NCBI GenBank assembly: GCA_963845755.1
Contig: CAWJTV010000001.1
Coordinates: 32,001 to 96,000 of the forward strand
Origin: an uncultured Planctomycetota bacterium
GTDB lineage: Bacteria > Planctomycetota > Planctomycetia > Isosphaerales > Isosphaeraceae
Reading direction: 5' to 3'
Length of the DNA stretch: 64,000 nucleotides
Made by a program: the position numbers and the translations under genes. Positions 42,709 through 54,203 of the stretch are shown piece by piece. Position 1 is the first letter of the stretch. Every line of letters starts with the position of its first letter. Below the pieces are notes generated by a model. It did no database searches, had not been told where the DNA came from, and saw nothing but the letters and a program-made list of their open reading frames with translations.

Positions 42709-42987
42709 GCCTGACCAGTGATCATGCGACCGCGAGACCGCATCGTGCGCCGTCCCGTATAGGCTGCGGCTCGTAGCGAGGTCGCATCGCGAGCCTATCG
42801 GCCCACTGATGCGATTGCAAGAAGCCGCCGGCGGAAGAACTCGGTTTCCGCCGGCGCGAACGACGACGCTTCCACGCCGCCTCACGACCCTGTTCGGCGA
42901 ACCGGAACGCCCGACAGTGCCGTCCGAATAACCGGAACGTGACGGCCACGCTCTGTGGTCGCCGCGACGCCGGGGTAGACGTTAGGT
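42709..42987 (-). other. Two degenerate attC-like remnants
   Basis: Minus-strand R'-like ends GTCAGGC (42709-42715, with ATGCGACC/GGTCGCAT stem) and CGCCGAACAGGGTC-GTGAGGC (from 42879); canonical ACCTAAC at 42981-42987. Confidence 0.4.
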
Positions 42988-43173
42988 GATGGCCAGCAGC
43001 CGCTCGTACTTAATTATGCGGCCCAATTCCCGAACGACACCAGGCCGCCAGGCCCATCCGCCGCCAGGCCACGATACCCCGAGCTCGAGCACTGGCCCAA
43101 ACCGCCCGACTCGCTCGAAGTGAGGGACGGGTGCCATGGGTCAACTCGAGCAGCTTCCAGTGCCGGCCTGGAC

Positions 43174-43359
43174 ATGGGTCTTTACGGACACCTCACCCGG
43201 CGCAGTCACGCCGTGAAGGCCCAGGAACGTAGCGACCCGGACGAGGTCGCCCAAACCTGGCGCGCCGTGCTCGTCGAATGCTCCAGCGACCACGAGGACC
43301 GCGCCGCGGTCGAGCGGTTTCCGCCTGTCGTCAATAAGCAATACCCAACCCGCGCCTGA
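43174..43359 (+). CDS. Short hypothetical ORF or gene remnant
   Basis: Coding-like GC3 bias; WRAVLVECSSDHEDRAAVERF. Confidence 0.3.
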   Translation: MGLYGHLTRRSHAVKAQERSDPDEVAQTWRAVLVECSSDHEDRAAVERFPPVVNKQYPTRA

Positions 43360-43607
43360 GAAAACACCTGCGCGAAATCCCGAAAGCCGCTGACACCGCC
43401 AGTCCCGAGCCATCAAAGCCTGGTTCAAACCTGGGTAAACGTGGCGGAACAAAGCCCGCGGGTCTCTCGCCGTAAAATCTTGCTCAGAAACGACTTGTAG
43501 CGCGTAAATCCGGCCGCACTTCGCAAAAAGTGTTACCCTGGATCTGAGCGATCTGAATCAGGCCGCAATCAACAGGGCAAAAAACTTCGTGAAATTTTTA
43601 TCTCTCA

Positions 43608-43635
43608 TTGACTTCAAAAGTTGCGCCGAGAGAAT
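43608..43635 (+). promoter_or_regulatory. Candidate sigma70 promoter in an AT-rich island
   Basis: TTGACT-N16-GAGAAT. Confidence 0.3.
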
Positions 43636-43955
43636 GGACAAATCTCACTATAGGTGCATTATCGAAATTCAAAAGTCCGGGCATCCTAATTAAGTAGAGG
43701 CCAGCGGTCCATGGTCAGGGAATGCTGGGATCAGAGCCTGCGCAGTCATAATCGAGTCCACTCAGGCATGACCATGCAACCAAACATGTTATCATGGATT
43801 TACTTTCCAGCAATCCATGATTGCTATCCTCAACATTCAACGAGCCTCACCACACGAGACGATGCCCATACCCAGGAGAATGACAGCGTTAAGCATGCAT
43901 GATCTCGAGGGTCCATCCTTTTTTCAAATCGCGCAAGAAACGATGAGACCAGGAT

Positions 43956-44075
43956 CCGAATTCCGCAAATCGAACCCAACCGGCCGCGAGACGCGGCCCG
44001 AAATCCGCAAATCGAACCCAACTGACCGCGCACCGTGGCCTGAAATCCGCAAAACGAACCCAACTGATCGCGCAC
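43956..44075. repeat. Three 42-bp period repeats, core GAAATCCGCAAATCGAACCCAAC
   Basis: Cores start at 43958, 44000 and 44042. Confidence 0.88.
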
Positions 44076-44500
44076 ACCGCCCGACTGACCGTCGAATCTT
44101 TGCCAATCGGCAATAAACGCCCAACCGACTAAAAACCCTTGATTACTTCAATCCGCAAACTCGTCTCGAGCGGGAGAACTTGCGCGACGGAGTTTTCCGG
44201 GACGACATGGCCCGCTCCGCGTCACCAGATTGCCGAGGATCACGCTGTCGCAAAGTGGATGAATTCTCGATTGCATGGATATCATCGAGGGCGACCCGTG
44301 GGTGGAAACTCACTCCAACCCGCGCGGCGAGGAGAACGACGCGACCCGACCGATGTACCTGCCCGGAGGATCGGGGGCAACGCACCGAAGTCGCCCCAGC
44401 CGCCATCTCATGAGGCGCATGAGGCGAGAGTGGCCTTGGCTCCATGCTGCGTCAGGGAATTCCTGTCGGTCGCCTTATTCTTCCGGAGACCCGCGAAACG

Positions 44501-44525
44501 AAAAACCCCGGGGAAGTCCCCGGGG
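44501..44525 (-). terminator. Rho-independent terminator
   Basis: CCCCGGGGA-CT-TCCCCGGGG stem followed by TTTTT on the minus strand, downstream of 44632..44973. Confidence 0.65.
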
Positions 44526-44631
44526 AAATCGAGCGCGGCCAATCAGTTGACTCGGGTCTCAGGGTTGCCGTCCCGCTCCTCGGATGCCATCCATCGCCGA
44601 TCGCGACCCGAAGCGATTTGTCCCGAGTCCC

Positions 44632-44973
44632 TTATGGCTTCTTCTTCACCTTCACCGGTACGGCAGGGGCCGGCTCTTCTTCCTCGACAGCCTCAGTCGC
44701 CTCACCCGGGCCGCCCTTCCCGCTCCGAGCCGTTGGCAGGGCCAGATACATCTGGTGTTCCCATTGTCCCGACCAGAACTGGCCCGTCCAGCGCTGCAAC
44801 GAAATCGCGCGGACTGTGGGGCGATCCTCGTCACGGATCACCTCACCCCAGGCCCCGGTGTACGCGGCGCGGACCTGGGAAGAACTTTCGCCTACGCAAA
44901 GCAACCGCTCGCCGCTGGGTGCCAGGCATGCTACGGCCCGCCAATCCTGAGCACCACCCGTTCCATTACTCAT
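44632..44973 (-). CDS. Small hypothetical protein
   Basis: Globular-looking QDWRAVA...ISLQRWTG...GQWEHQ core with acidic/Lys tail; followed by a terminator. Confidence 0.65.
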   Translation of the reverse strand: MSNGTGGAQDWRAVACLAPSGERLLCVGESSSQVRAAYTGAWGEVIRDEDRPTVRAISLQRWTGQFWSGQWEHQMYLALPTARSGKGGPGEATEAVEEEEPAPAVPVKVKKKP

Positions 44974-45409
44974 CGTTGGTTTATCCCCGGTATGTTTCCA
45001 TCAGACTCACACAGTATTCGACCGTCGCGAGAATCAGGCCAACGCGAAACGCAGCCTGCCCTCGGTGGAAAACACTCCCTGGACCCAACACTCACGGAAT
45101 CATGCGCGCAGATTTCAGCCCGACCTGGAAACGGTGTGGATTCGTCGCAACTACCAGAAGCGCACGATGTTACGAGAGGGAGGGGAGTGTAACAAGGAAG
45201 GATGGAACCCCTCATCCACTGGTGAGGACTCGACCAATCCGTTTTCCGAATCGTCACAATAATAGAATTGTAACGGGCTCGTTGCCGGACGGCGAATGAA
45301 ATCTAGAAAAAAGCCAGTTTCTGTGGTTTTTCCCGATCCTCATGGACGGAGTATGCTGCCGACATGCAACCAATTCGTTGGCACCACATCGCAGGTGCTA
45401 CCCAGGGAA

Positions 45410-46417
45410 TCAATGATCAGCCCCATGACTGAGCTGGAGCAAGATCTTACCCTGCCGGGCGACGGCCTCCGCCTGCACAACCGCTTTACCGATCTGGTTC
45501 ATCGGATAGGTGCCGCCGATCTCGGAGTTGAGAACTCCCTGGCGGATCAGAGCGGCGATCTCCCGAAAGAGGCGAAGTGACGAAGGAATGGAACGTGTCC
45601 GCATCCAGTGCCCAAGCCAGAATCCTTCGACGATCCGCCGGCCCGCGATCATCAGGCGGGGGTCGATTTGGACTGGCTCTCCCGAGAGTGTCCCGTAGAG
45701 TAATAGCCGGCCGTCCGCGGCGAGCGAGCGGAAGACGGCCGTCCCGGTATCACCACCCACGGGGTCAATCGCATGTCGCACGCCATCGCCGCCAACAATC
45801 CGGCGCACCTGTTCGTCGATCGGCCCGTCCTCGCTGGAGATCACGGCGTCGCCACCCAGTGCTTTCAACTCGTCGATCGCCGCGCGGCGGCGGACTACGT
45901 TGAGAGTCCTGAAGCCGTCGTGACGACCCAATTTGATCATCATCCGTCCGAGTGTCGAGCCGGCCGCCGATTGGAGCAGCCACTCCCCGCGCCGAACTTT
46001 CAGGACATGACGGACCATCGCCAGGACGGTCGCCGGGTTCACGAAAAAGGTCGCCGCCTGGTCGTCGGGGATGTCCGCGGGGATCGGCCGAGCCTGCCGC
46101 GCCGGGATCACCGCATACTCCGCCCAGTTCCCCCCCTGGCCGTTGATCGCGGTGACTCGCTTCCCCCGGACCAGCCGCCCGAGCAAACCCGGCCCGACTT
46201 CGTCCACCACGCCGACCCCTTCGAAGCCCGGTATCGATGGCAGAGTCGGAAGGACCCCGTATCGTCCCTGGACCACGAGCAAGTCGGACGGATTGACCGG
46301 GCTGGCGATCATCCGGACGCGGACCTCGCCGGGCCCGGGATGGGGTTCGGGTACGTCGCGGATCCGCAGGACGTCAGCGGGCGTGCCAAATGATTCGAAG
46401 ACTGCGGCTTTCATCAT
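45410..46417 (-). CDS. MDR-family NAD(P)H oxidoreductase (enoyl-CoA/quinone reductase-like)
   Basis: PVNPSDL, PGFEGVGVV, FFVNPAT, SAAGSTLG, GFWL, GKILL. Confidence 0.9.
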   Translation of the reverse strand: MMKAAVFESFGTPADVLRIRDVPEPHPGPGEVRVRMIASPVNPSDLLVVQGRYGVLPTLPSIPGFEGVGVVDEVGPGLLGRLVRGKRVTAINGQGGNWAEYAVIPARQARPIPADIPDDQAATFFVNPATVLAMVRHVLKVRRGEWLLQSAAGSTLGRMMIKLGRHDGFRTLNVVRRRAAIDELKALGGDAVISSEDGPIDEQVRRIVGGDGVRHAIDPVGGDTGTAVFRSLAADGRLLLYGTLSGEPVQIDPRLMIAGRRIVEGFWLGHWMRTRSIPSSLRLFREIAALIRQGVLNSEIGGTYPMNQIGKAVVQAEAVARQGKILLQLSHGADH

Positions 46418-46628
46418 CGGTAAGCAGTAGGCAGTAGGCAGTAGGCCGTAAGAGATGGTACGTAGTAATCCATAGGAGCATGAGACGTCAATGGGGCAGG
46501 CGTTCCAAGAAATTGGCGTCTCCTCATCGTCCCCAGCGACTTGGTGGAAGGGATTTGAACGGTTGCCGATCTCATGACTGCCTCCGACCTACTGCCCACT
46601 ACCCACTGCCCACTACCTACTGAAACGA

Positions 46629-47495
46629 ATGGCCCACGAACAACTCGTCACGACTGACTGGCTGGCGGACCATCTGGGCGATCCGGACGTCCGGATCGCC
46701 GACATCCGGGGTTACGTGGTCGCGCGGCCGATCGAGCCGGGCGTCGAGGAGGCCGACTACCGGGGCGCCCACAGCGAGTACCTCGCCGAGCACATTCCCG
46801 GAGCGGTGTACCTCGATTGGACGCGTGACATCATCGACCCCGACGATCCGGTGCCGGTCCAGATCGCCCCGCCGGAACGATTCGCCGAAGCGATGGCGGC
46901 TCGGGGGATCGGCGACACGACCCACGTGATCGCCGTCGACCATGCGGGCGGGCAGTTCGCGACGCGATTGTGGTGGGCCTTGAATTATTACGGCCATGGT
47001 CGGGTGAGCGTGCTGGACGGTGGTTGGAACCGTTGGCGGGACGAAGGAAGGCCGATCGAACTGGGCGAGGTCTCCGTACCCCGCGCCACCTTCACGCCGC
47101 GGCCGCATCCGGAGCTGAGGGTCACCGCCGAGCAACTGGTGACCAAGCTGGAAACCGCGGGACAAACCTGGCAGCTCATCGATGCTCGCGACCCCGGGCA
47201 ATACACGGGTGCGCGGCGTCGTGGTCTGCGAGGCGGCCACATTCCCGGCGCGATCAACGTTCCTCGCGAGCTTTTCTTTGCGCCCGGTGGAGGCTTCCTG
47301 CCTCTGGAGGAGATCGGGCGGCGCGTCGAACATCATGGTCTGCGGCCGGTGCCGACGGTGGCCTATTGCAACGGTGGCGTCGCGGCCACGGTCGTCCTGT
47401 TCCACCTCGTGAGGCTGGGTTACGCCACCGTGGCCAACTACGATGGCTCGTGGAACGAGTGGGGGAACCGCGCCGACCTGCCGGTGAAATCGTGA
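46629..47495 (+). CDS. sseA: Tandem-rhodanese sulfurtransferase
   Basis: HIPGAVYLDW, RLWWAL, VLDGG, GHIPGA, YCNGGVAA, YDGSWNEW. Confidence 0.88.
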   Translation: MAHEQLVTTDWLADHLGDPDVRIADIRGYVVARPIEPGVEEADYRGAHSEYLAEHIPGAVYLDWTRDIIDPDDPVPVQIAPPERFAEAMAARGIGDTTHVIAVDHAGGQFATRLWWALNYYGHGRVSVLDGGWNRWRDEGRPIELGEVSVPRATFTPRPHPELRVTAEQLVTKLETAGQTWQLIDARDPGQYTGARRRGLRGGHIPGAINVPRELFFAPGGGFLPLEEIGRRVEHHGLRPVPTVAYCNGGVAATVVLFHLVRLGYATVANYDGSWNEWGNRADLPVKS

Positions 47496-47559
47496 GCCGG
47501 CTGGGTTCACCGAGCCTCGTCTCGATTCCTGCGAGAACCCGCCCTACGGGAGGACTTTC

Positions 47560-48295
47560 TTGATCCACGTCCAGGATTACCACAAAGCATATCGCGAGAC
47601 GATCGCCGTCGATGGCCTGAGCTTCGATGTGCCCGCGGGCGCGGTCCTCGGCCTGGTGGGACCCAACGGCGCCGGCAAGACAACCACGCTCCGGGCGCTG
47701 GCGGGCATCATCCGGCCGACCCGCGGCCGGCTGATCGTCGCCGGTCACGACGTGGTCAACGATCCGACGGCTGCGAAGCGCGAGCTGGCCTATGTCCCCG
47801 ACGATCCCAAGCTGTTCGACGCCTTGACGGTCCGCGAGCACCTCGAATTCATCGCCGCGACGTATCGTGTGGCCGATTCCTTACCCAAGGCCGAGGCGCT
47901 CTACAAGCAGTTCGAGCTGGTGGAGAAGCGCGACACGATGGCCCAGGAACTGTCCCGCGGGATGCGGCAGAAAGTGGCGATCTGCTGCGCCGTATCTTCA
48001 CGATCCCAAGGCGATCCTCTTCGATGAGCCTCTGACGGGCCTCGACCCGTACGCGATCCGCACCCTCAAAGCGTCGATCGCCCAGCGGGCCGCCGCGGGC
48101 GCCGCGGTCATCGTCAGCTCGCACCTGCTCTCGCTGGTCGAAGACCTGTGTACGCACCTCCTGATCCTTAACAAGGGCCGTTGCCTGTTCTCCGGGACCC
48201 TCGATGCGGCCCGGACGCATTACGCCGACTTGCAGGGCGATGTCTCGCTCGAAGAGGTCTTCTTTCGGGCGACGGAAGCCTCGCGCGCCGTGTGA
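47560..48295 (+). CDS. ABC transporter ATP-binding protein; apparent frameshift near 47990
   Basis: GPNGAGKTT, LSRGMRQK, FDEPLTGLDP, SSH. Confidence 0.92.
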
Positions 48296-48360
48296 ATCCC
48301 CCGGAGATGAGTCGTGTACTCGGGAGCGAGCCACCACGTTTCCCAACTCGAGCGGACCCC

Positions 48361-50020
48361 ATGCATCCGGCCCTCTTCCTATTGATTCGACTCGGATACA
48401 AGGCAGCGGTCCGCCGTGCGCTTCGGGGCGCAGGCACGGTGCGCGGCGCGCTGTTCCTCCTGTTCACGTTCGGATTCATCGCGATGACGATCGTGCCGCA
48501 GATCGTCATCGCGATCACGTTGAACTCGCAACGTCAGGCTCTGCCATTCGCCGGCACGGCCGAGTCGTTCGCACCTCTCGGGCTCTTCGCGATCGCGCTC
48601 CTGTCGATCTTCAGCTCGGCCGGCGAGACGGCGCTTTACTTCACTCCGGCCGAGGTCGATCTGCTGTTCCCTGCGCCGTTCGCTCGGCGCGATCTGTTGA
48701 TCTACAAGCTCGGGAGGACGGCGATCGGCCTGGTCTTGATGCCACTGTTCTTCTCGGCCTGCATGCTGAATTTCTTCCGATCGTGGCCCTGCGCCTTCAT
48801 CGGCCTGATCCTGACCTTGGCGATGCTCCAGCTTTTCGCCATGGCGACGGCCCTGGTAAGCCAGATCGTCTCCGAATCAATCTACACGCGGGCGCGCAAG
48901 ATCGCCCTGGTGGTCGTGTTGATCGTGCTGTTCGTGGGATTTGGCCAGGTCGCCCGTCACGTCCAGGGCCAGGGGATCCGCGAGCTGGTGGCGGGATTGC
49001 GCGAGTCCTCGGCGCTGCGGGTGCTGACGGCGCCGTTCGCGGTCTTCACTCACGCGATCTTCGCCAAGGCGCGTATTCCCGGACCTGCTGGCCTGGGGCG
49101 CCGGGGCGCTGGCGATCGATCTGGGCTTGCTGGTCCTGATCCTCAAGCTGGATGGCAACTACCTCGAGCAGGCCGCCGCGATCAGCCAGAAGGTCTACGA
49201 ACGCGTCCGCCGCGCCCGAGTGGGCGGCGGCGTGGCGATGCCGGCCGGCGCCCGCGCCGGACGGTTTCGGCTGCCCCAGCCGCCCCGGCTCGCCGGCGCG
49301 GGGCCGCTCGCGTGGCGTCAGATGCTCCTGGCGATCCGGACATCCCGGCACTTCCTGATCATGATTCTCATCCTGGGTGCGTTCGTCCTTGCCGGTGGTT
49401 GGTTCGTTCCGGCCGGAACGATCGGCCCCGGAGCCGTCGTCGTGCCGATGATGGGCGTCGGCATGACGATGTACATGACCCTGGTCTTCACCCTCCAGCT
49501 CCCTTGGGCGTTCCGCGGCGACGTCGATCACATCGACTTCCTCAAGACACTCCCCATTCATCCCATGATCCTGACGGTCGGCGAGCTGGCGGGCGGGGTC
49601 CTGCTGCTCACCTTGGTTCATGTCTTACTGTTCGCGGTGTTCACGGCCGCGGCGCCGGCGGGTGCGCCGATCACCCTGGTCACCGCGGCCTTCCTCCCGC
49701 CGTTCAACGCGATGCTCCTCTCGCTGACCAACCTCATGTTCTTGATCTACCCGGTGCGCGCACCGGTCGCCGGAAGCTTCGACTTCCAGACCATGGGGAA
49801 ATGGATGTTCTTTTTCTTCCTTCAACTGCTGGCGATCTTCTTGCTTCTGGTCATCCCGACGGTCCTGGGCGGCGTCGCCTACCTGGTCTCGGGTTACTCC
49901 CTGGCGGCCTTCGGCGTCACGACGTGGCTTCTGCTGGCGGCCGAGCTGCCACCGCTGGTGATGCTCGTCGCCTGGGCCTTCCAGCGGTTCGATCCGAGTA
50001 CGGAAACGCCTGCGGCATAG
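48361..50020 (+). CDS. Putative ABC exporter permease (multi-TM); apparent frameshift near 49072
   Basis: FTPAEVDLLFPAPFARRDLLIYKL, DFLKTLPI, many TM helices; follows the ATPase. Confidence 0.8.
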
Positions 50021-50285
50021 TCTCCCACTTGGATGGAAGGATGAAGGCTGAAGGATGACCGATGGATGAAGACCGGTCCGGTCCTGACTCTTCCTTTAGC
50101 CTTCAACCGTCAGCCTTTCCGAAGGCCAACCCCTTGCTGCCAGAGTCGGGCGCGACGTAGTGTATTGGTTTTGATCGACTCTCATCGCTATCCGGTCGAG
50201 ACCCGCGAGGGAAACGCGTCGGCGACGATGGGGGAGAATCGGTGTTGTGAACGATCGAGACGAACGGAAACAGGAGATTCGCTCG

Positions 50286-50918
50286 ATGACAGAACAGAAG
50301 CCCAAGCAAACCGGCGGACATGGCGGTCACAGCCGGCGCGACTTCTTGCGGGGCTCGGGCGTGGCGGCAGCCACAACCGTGCTGACCGGCCAGGCGATCC
50401 TGGCGCTCGATGAGGCCCAGGCCGCTCAGGACGAGCCGAAGGTCCTCTCCGGCACCATCGAGATCGCGCTGAAAGTCAACGGACAGGATCGCTCGTGCTC
50501 GGTCGAACCGCGCAGCACGCTGCTCGACACGCTCCGCCACCGGCTGGACGTCACCGGCCCCAAGCGGGTCTGCGACCGGGGCAGTTGCGGTGCCTGTACG
50601 GCGATCGTCAACGGGGATCCGATCTATTCTTGCACGACGCTGGCCGTCTCGTGTCAGGGCAAGACGATCGAGACGCTGGAGAATTTCGATACCGGCGAGC
50701 GCGGCGTGCCCCACGCGTTCCACCAGAATGACGCGCTGATGTGCGGCTACTGCACGCCAGGCTTCGTCACGGCTTGCAAGGCGTTCCTAGACAAGCATCC
50801 GAACGCGACGGAAGACGAGATCCGCAAGGGGCTCGATGGCAACATCTGTCGCTGCGGCACCTATATCGGCGTCCTGGCGGCGGCACAAGCCGCGGCCAAA
50901 GCCATGAAAGGAGCCTGA
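50286..50918 (+). CDS. 2x[2Fe-2S] subunit of a xanthine dehydrogenase/aldehyde oxidoreductase-family enzyme, with Tat signal (PaoA/YagT-like)
   Basis: SRRDFLR; CDRGSCGAC...C; CGYCTPG...CRC. Confidence 0.92.
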   Translation: MTEQKPKQTGGHGGHSRRDFLRGSGVAAATTVLTGQAILALDEAQAAQDEPKVLSGTIEIALKVNGQDRSCSVEPRSTLLDTLRHRLDVTGPKRVCDRGSCGACTAIVNGDPIYSCTTLAVSCQGKTIETLENFDTGERGVPHAFHQNDALMCGYCTPGFVTACKAFLDKHPNATEDEIRKGLDGNICRCGTYIGVLAAAQAAAKAMKGA

Positions 50919-50920
50919 CC

Positions 50921-53102
50921 ATGGCGGAATGGCCCAAAGCACCGACCCTGATCGGTACTCGGATCCCACGGCTCGATGGCCTGCACAAGGCATCGGGCAA
51001 AGCCAAGTATCCTTCCGACGTGCGGCCGGAGGGGACGCTCTTCGGCGTGATGCTCTACAGCCCGTATGCCCATGCCAAGGTCAAGTCGATCGACATCTCG
51101 GCCGCCGAGAAGATGCCCGGCGTCAAGGCCGCAATTGTGATCGCCGAGGCCGGCGCGCGCCTCCGCTATCATGGCGATGATATCGCCGCCCTCGCGGCCG
51201 AGACCGAGGAACAGGCCCACGACGCCATCCGCGCCGTCAAGGTCGAATACGAGATGCTGCCCCACGTGGCCAGCGAGGCGCTGGCCATGGCCGAAGGCGC
51301 CGCCCGAGGCCTTCGAGGGGGGCAATGTGCGCAAGGGGCAAGCCCTGTCCAGGGGAAAGCCCGATGAGGCCATGGCCAAGGCGGAGGTGGTGGTGGAGGG
51401 AACCTATTCGGTCCCACTGATCACTCACGTCTGCCTCGAGTCTCACGGGATGACCGTGATGTGGGAGGGCGAGAAGAAGATGGTCGCCTGGGCGAGCACC
51501 CAGAACGTCTACGGCATCGCGGGCGACCTGGCGGGTGCGATCAAGGAGCTCGGTCTCAGGTCGACGGACGTGACCGTCCATACGGACTACATGGGCGGCG
51601 GCTTCGGCTCGAAGTTCAATGCCGACGTCTGGGGCCTGACCGCGGCCCGGCTCTCGAAGAAGGCCGGAGGCCGGCCGGTCAAGATGTTCCTGGACCGCGT
51701 GCAGGAGCACCTGGCGGCGGGGAATCGTCCCAGCGCCACGGCCCACATCAAGCTGGGCGCCAACCGCGACGGAACAATCGTCGCCATGATTGCCGATGCG
51801 CATGGCACGGGAGGCTACAACGGCAGCGGGAGACTGACCCTGCCGTACGTCTACGGCAGCAGTCTCAACCCCAGGAAGCCCGTTCCCGAAACGCGGGTGA
51901 CTCAGGCCACCGTGTTCACCAATTTCGGGGGCCAGCGTGCCATGCGGGCCCCGGGCCATCCTCAGAGCTGCGCGCTGACCGAGGCGGCGATGGACGACCT
52001 GGCCGACAAGCTGGGCATGGACCCAATCGAGTTCCGGCTCAAGAACCTCGACCCCAACGACTTCCACACGCCCATCTATGAGGCCGAAATCGCGATGGGC
52101 GCCGAGTTGATCGGGTGGCGGCAGAAGTACAAGCCGCGCGGCCAGAATGGCAATGGGCCGATTCGCCACGGCCTGGGTGTGGCCCTGCACCAGTGGGGCG
52201 GTGGCGGCCGGGCAGGCAGTAAGGTCGCTTGCACGATCAACCCGGATGGCTCGGTCGAACTCAAGTCGGCCACCCAGGATCTCGGCACCGGGATCCGCAC
52301 GATCCTGGCGATCATCGCCGCCGAGATCCTCGGCCTCCAGCCGACCGATATCGTGAGCAACATCGGTAACTCCACGTTCCCGCCCGGCGCGGCCTCGGGC
52401 GGCTCCGTGACGAGCCCGTCGATGTCCCCGCCTTGCTACGATGCTGTCACCCGGGCGCGCGACGCGCTATTCCAGAAGATCGCGCCGGCGCTCAACAATG
52501 CCAAGCCCGAGGATCTTTCGCTCAAGCAGGGTCAGGTCTGGCTCGCCGGCGAGCCGGTGACGACCTGGAAAGACGCCTGCCGCAAGCTGGGCGTCTCGCC
52601 AGTCTCCGAAACCGGCTCGTTCGTCGATAAGCTTTCCAGTACCGGCGTCGGCGGCTGCCAGTTCGCCGAGGTCACGGTAGACGTCGAGACCGGCATGGTC
52701 AAGCTCAAGAAGATCGTCGCCATCCAGGACTCGGGCCTGATCCTGGACAAGCTGACCTGGGAAAGCCAGGTCTATGGCGGCGTGATCATGGGATTGAATT
52801 ACGGCCTGTTCGAGGAACGGGTCGTCGACCCAACGTCCGGCCGGATGCTGAACCCCGACATGGAGTGGTACAAGCTGGCCGGTGCCTCCGATATCCCCGA
52901 GATCATCGTCCGGGCGTACGAGCCCGACGAGATCAAGGCCCGCGGCGTCATCGGCGTCGGCGAGCCGCCGACGATCTCCACCGCCGCGGCGATCGGCAAC
53001 GCGGTGGCCAACGCTATCGGCGTGCGGGTGCCCGAGTGGCCGATGAGCCCCCGCAACATCCTGAATGCCCTGGCCACGGCCTCCAGAGAAGGGAGAGCGT
53101 GA
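50921..53102 (+). CDS. Molybdopterin-binding large subunit (PaoC/YagR-like); apparent frameshift near 51300
   Basis: KASGKAKY, GGGFGSK, MRAPG, QDLGTG, SGGS, GVGEPP. Confidence 0.92.
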
Positions 53103-53106
53103 TCTC

Positions 53107-54102
53107 ATGAAAGCCTTCGAATACGCGGCCCCAGCCACCGTCGCGGACGCCGTCAAGCTACTCGGCGGCTCCAATGCGGTGGCCCTCTCCGGCGGCACCG
53201 ACCTGATCGGCCGGATGAAAGACTACGTGACGTCCCCCGACCGCGTGGTCTACCTCAAGAACATCAAGGACCTCGCGGGGATCTCGGGCGACGCGAAGGC
53301 CAGTGGTCTGACCATCGGCGCCGGGACTCGGCTCTCGGACATCGTCGCCCACGCTGGCATCCGCGAACACTACCCGGCACTCTGGCAGGCGACCGTCGAG
53401 GTCGCCTCCGTCCAGATCCGCAACATGAGCACGGTCGGCGGCAACCTGCTCCAGAGGCCTCGATGCTGGTACTACCGCGCCGGCTTCGGGCTCCTGGGCA
53501 TGAAGGACGGGCAGAGCCTCGTCCGCGCCGGTGACAACCGGTACCACGCGATCTTCATGACCAACGGCAACGCGCTGTTCGTCAGCCCGTCCAGCCTCGC
53601 AGTGGCCCTGACCGCACTCGACGGCCAGGCGAAGATCGTCGGGCCCAGGGGCGAGCGTACCGTCAAGGTGGCCGAAATCTACCAGGTGCCGAAACGCGAG
53701 ACCGACAGCGAGCTGACCATCCAGCCCGGTGAAGTCCTTTCCCAGGTGACCCTCCCGGCTGCCAAGGGAAAGAGCGCCTCTTATGAAGCCCGTCACAAGC
53801 AGGCCCAGGACTGGCCGCTGGTCCTCGCCTCGGTCAACCTGGCCATGGACGGCGACACCGTCTCCGACGCCAGGATCGTCGTCTATGGCGTGGCGCCCAT
53901 CCCCTGGCGCAGCGAAACGGCTGAGAAAGCGATCACCGGCAAACACGTCACGCTCGAGACTGCGGCGGCCGCGGGTGAAGCCGCCATCGTGGGGGCGACA
54001 CCGCTCTCGATGAACGCCTACAAGGTTCCCCTGACCCGGACCGTGGTCAAGCGCGCCTTGCTACGGGCCGTCAACGGGAAGGGATACTGGGAGGAGGCCT
54101 GA
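53107..54102 (+). CDS. FAD-binding medium subunit (PaoB/YagS-like)
   Basis: SGGTDL, QIRNMSTVGGNLLQRPRCWYYR, GVAPIPWR, NAYKV. Confidence 0.92.
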   Translation: MKAFEYAAPATVADAVKLLGGSNAVALSGGTDLIGRMKDYVTSPDRVVYLKNIKDLAGISGDAKASGLTIGAGTRLSDIVAHAGIREHYPALWQATVEVASVQIRNMSTVGGNLLQRPRCWYYRAGFGLLGMKDGQSLVRAGDNRYHAIFMTNGNALFVSPSSLAVALTALDGQAKIVGPRGERTVKVAEIYQVPKRETDSELTIQPGEVLSQVTLPAAKGKSASYEARHKQAQDWPLVLASVNLAMDGDTVSDARIVVYGVAPIPWRSETAEKAITGKHVTLETAAAAGEAAIVGATPLSMNAYKVPLTRTVVKRALLRAVNGKGYWEEA

Positions 54103-54203
54103 CGGAGTGACTGCGTTGCCAGTGGCCAGTTGCCAGTTGAGGACCGGCTTGGGCCTAGCTGGGAACTGGCAACTGGCACTGACAACTCCATGCCTGGATT
54201 CCA

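Noticed and set aside
43956..44075. CRISPR array
   Set aside because: Only three units, the intervening 19-bp segments resemble each other, and there is no cas or leader
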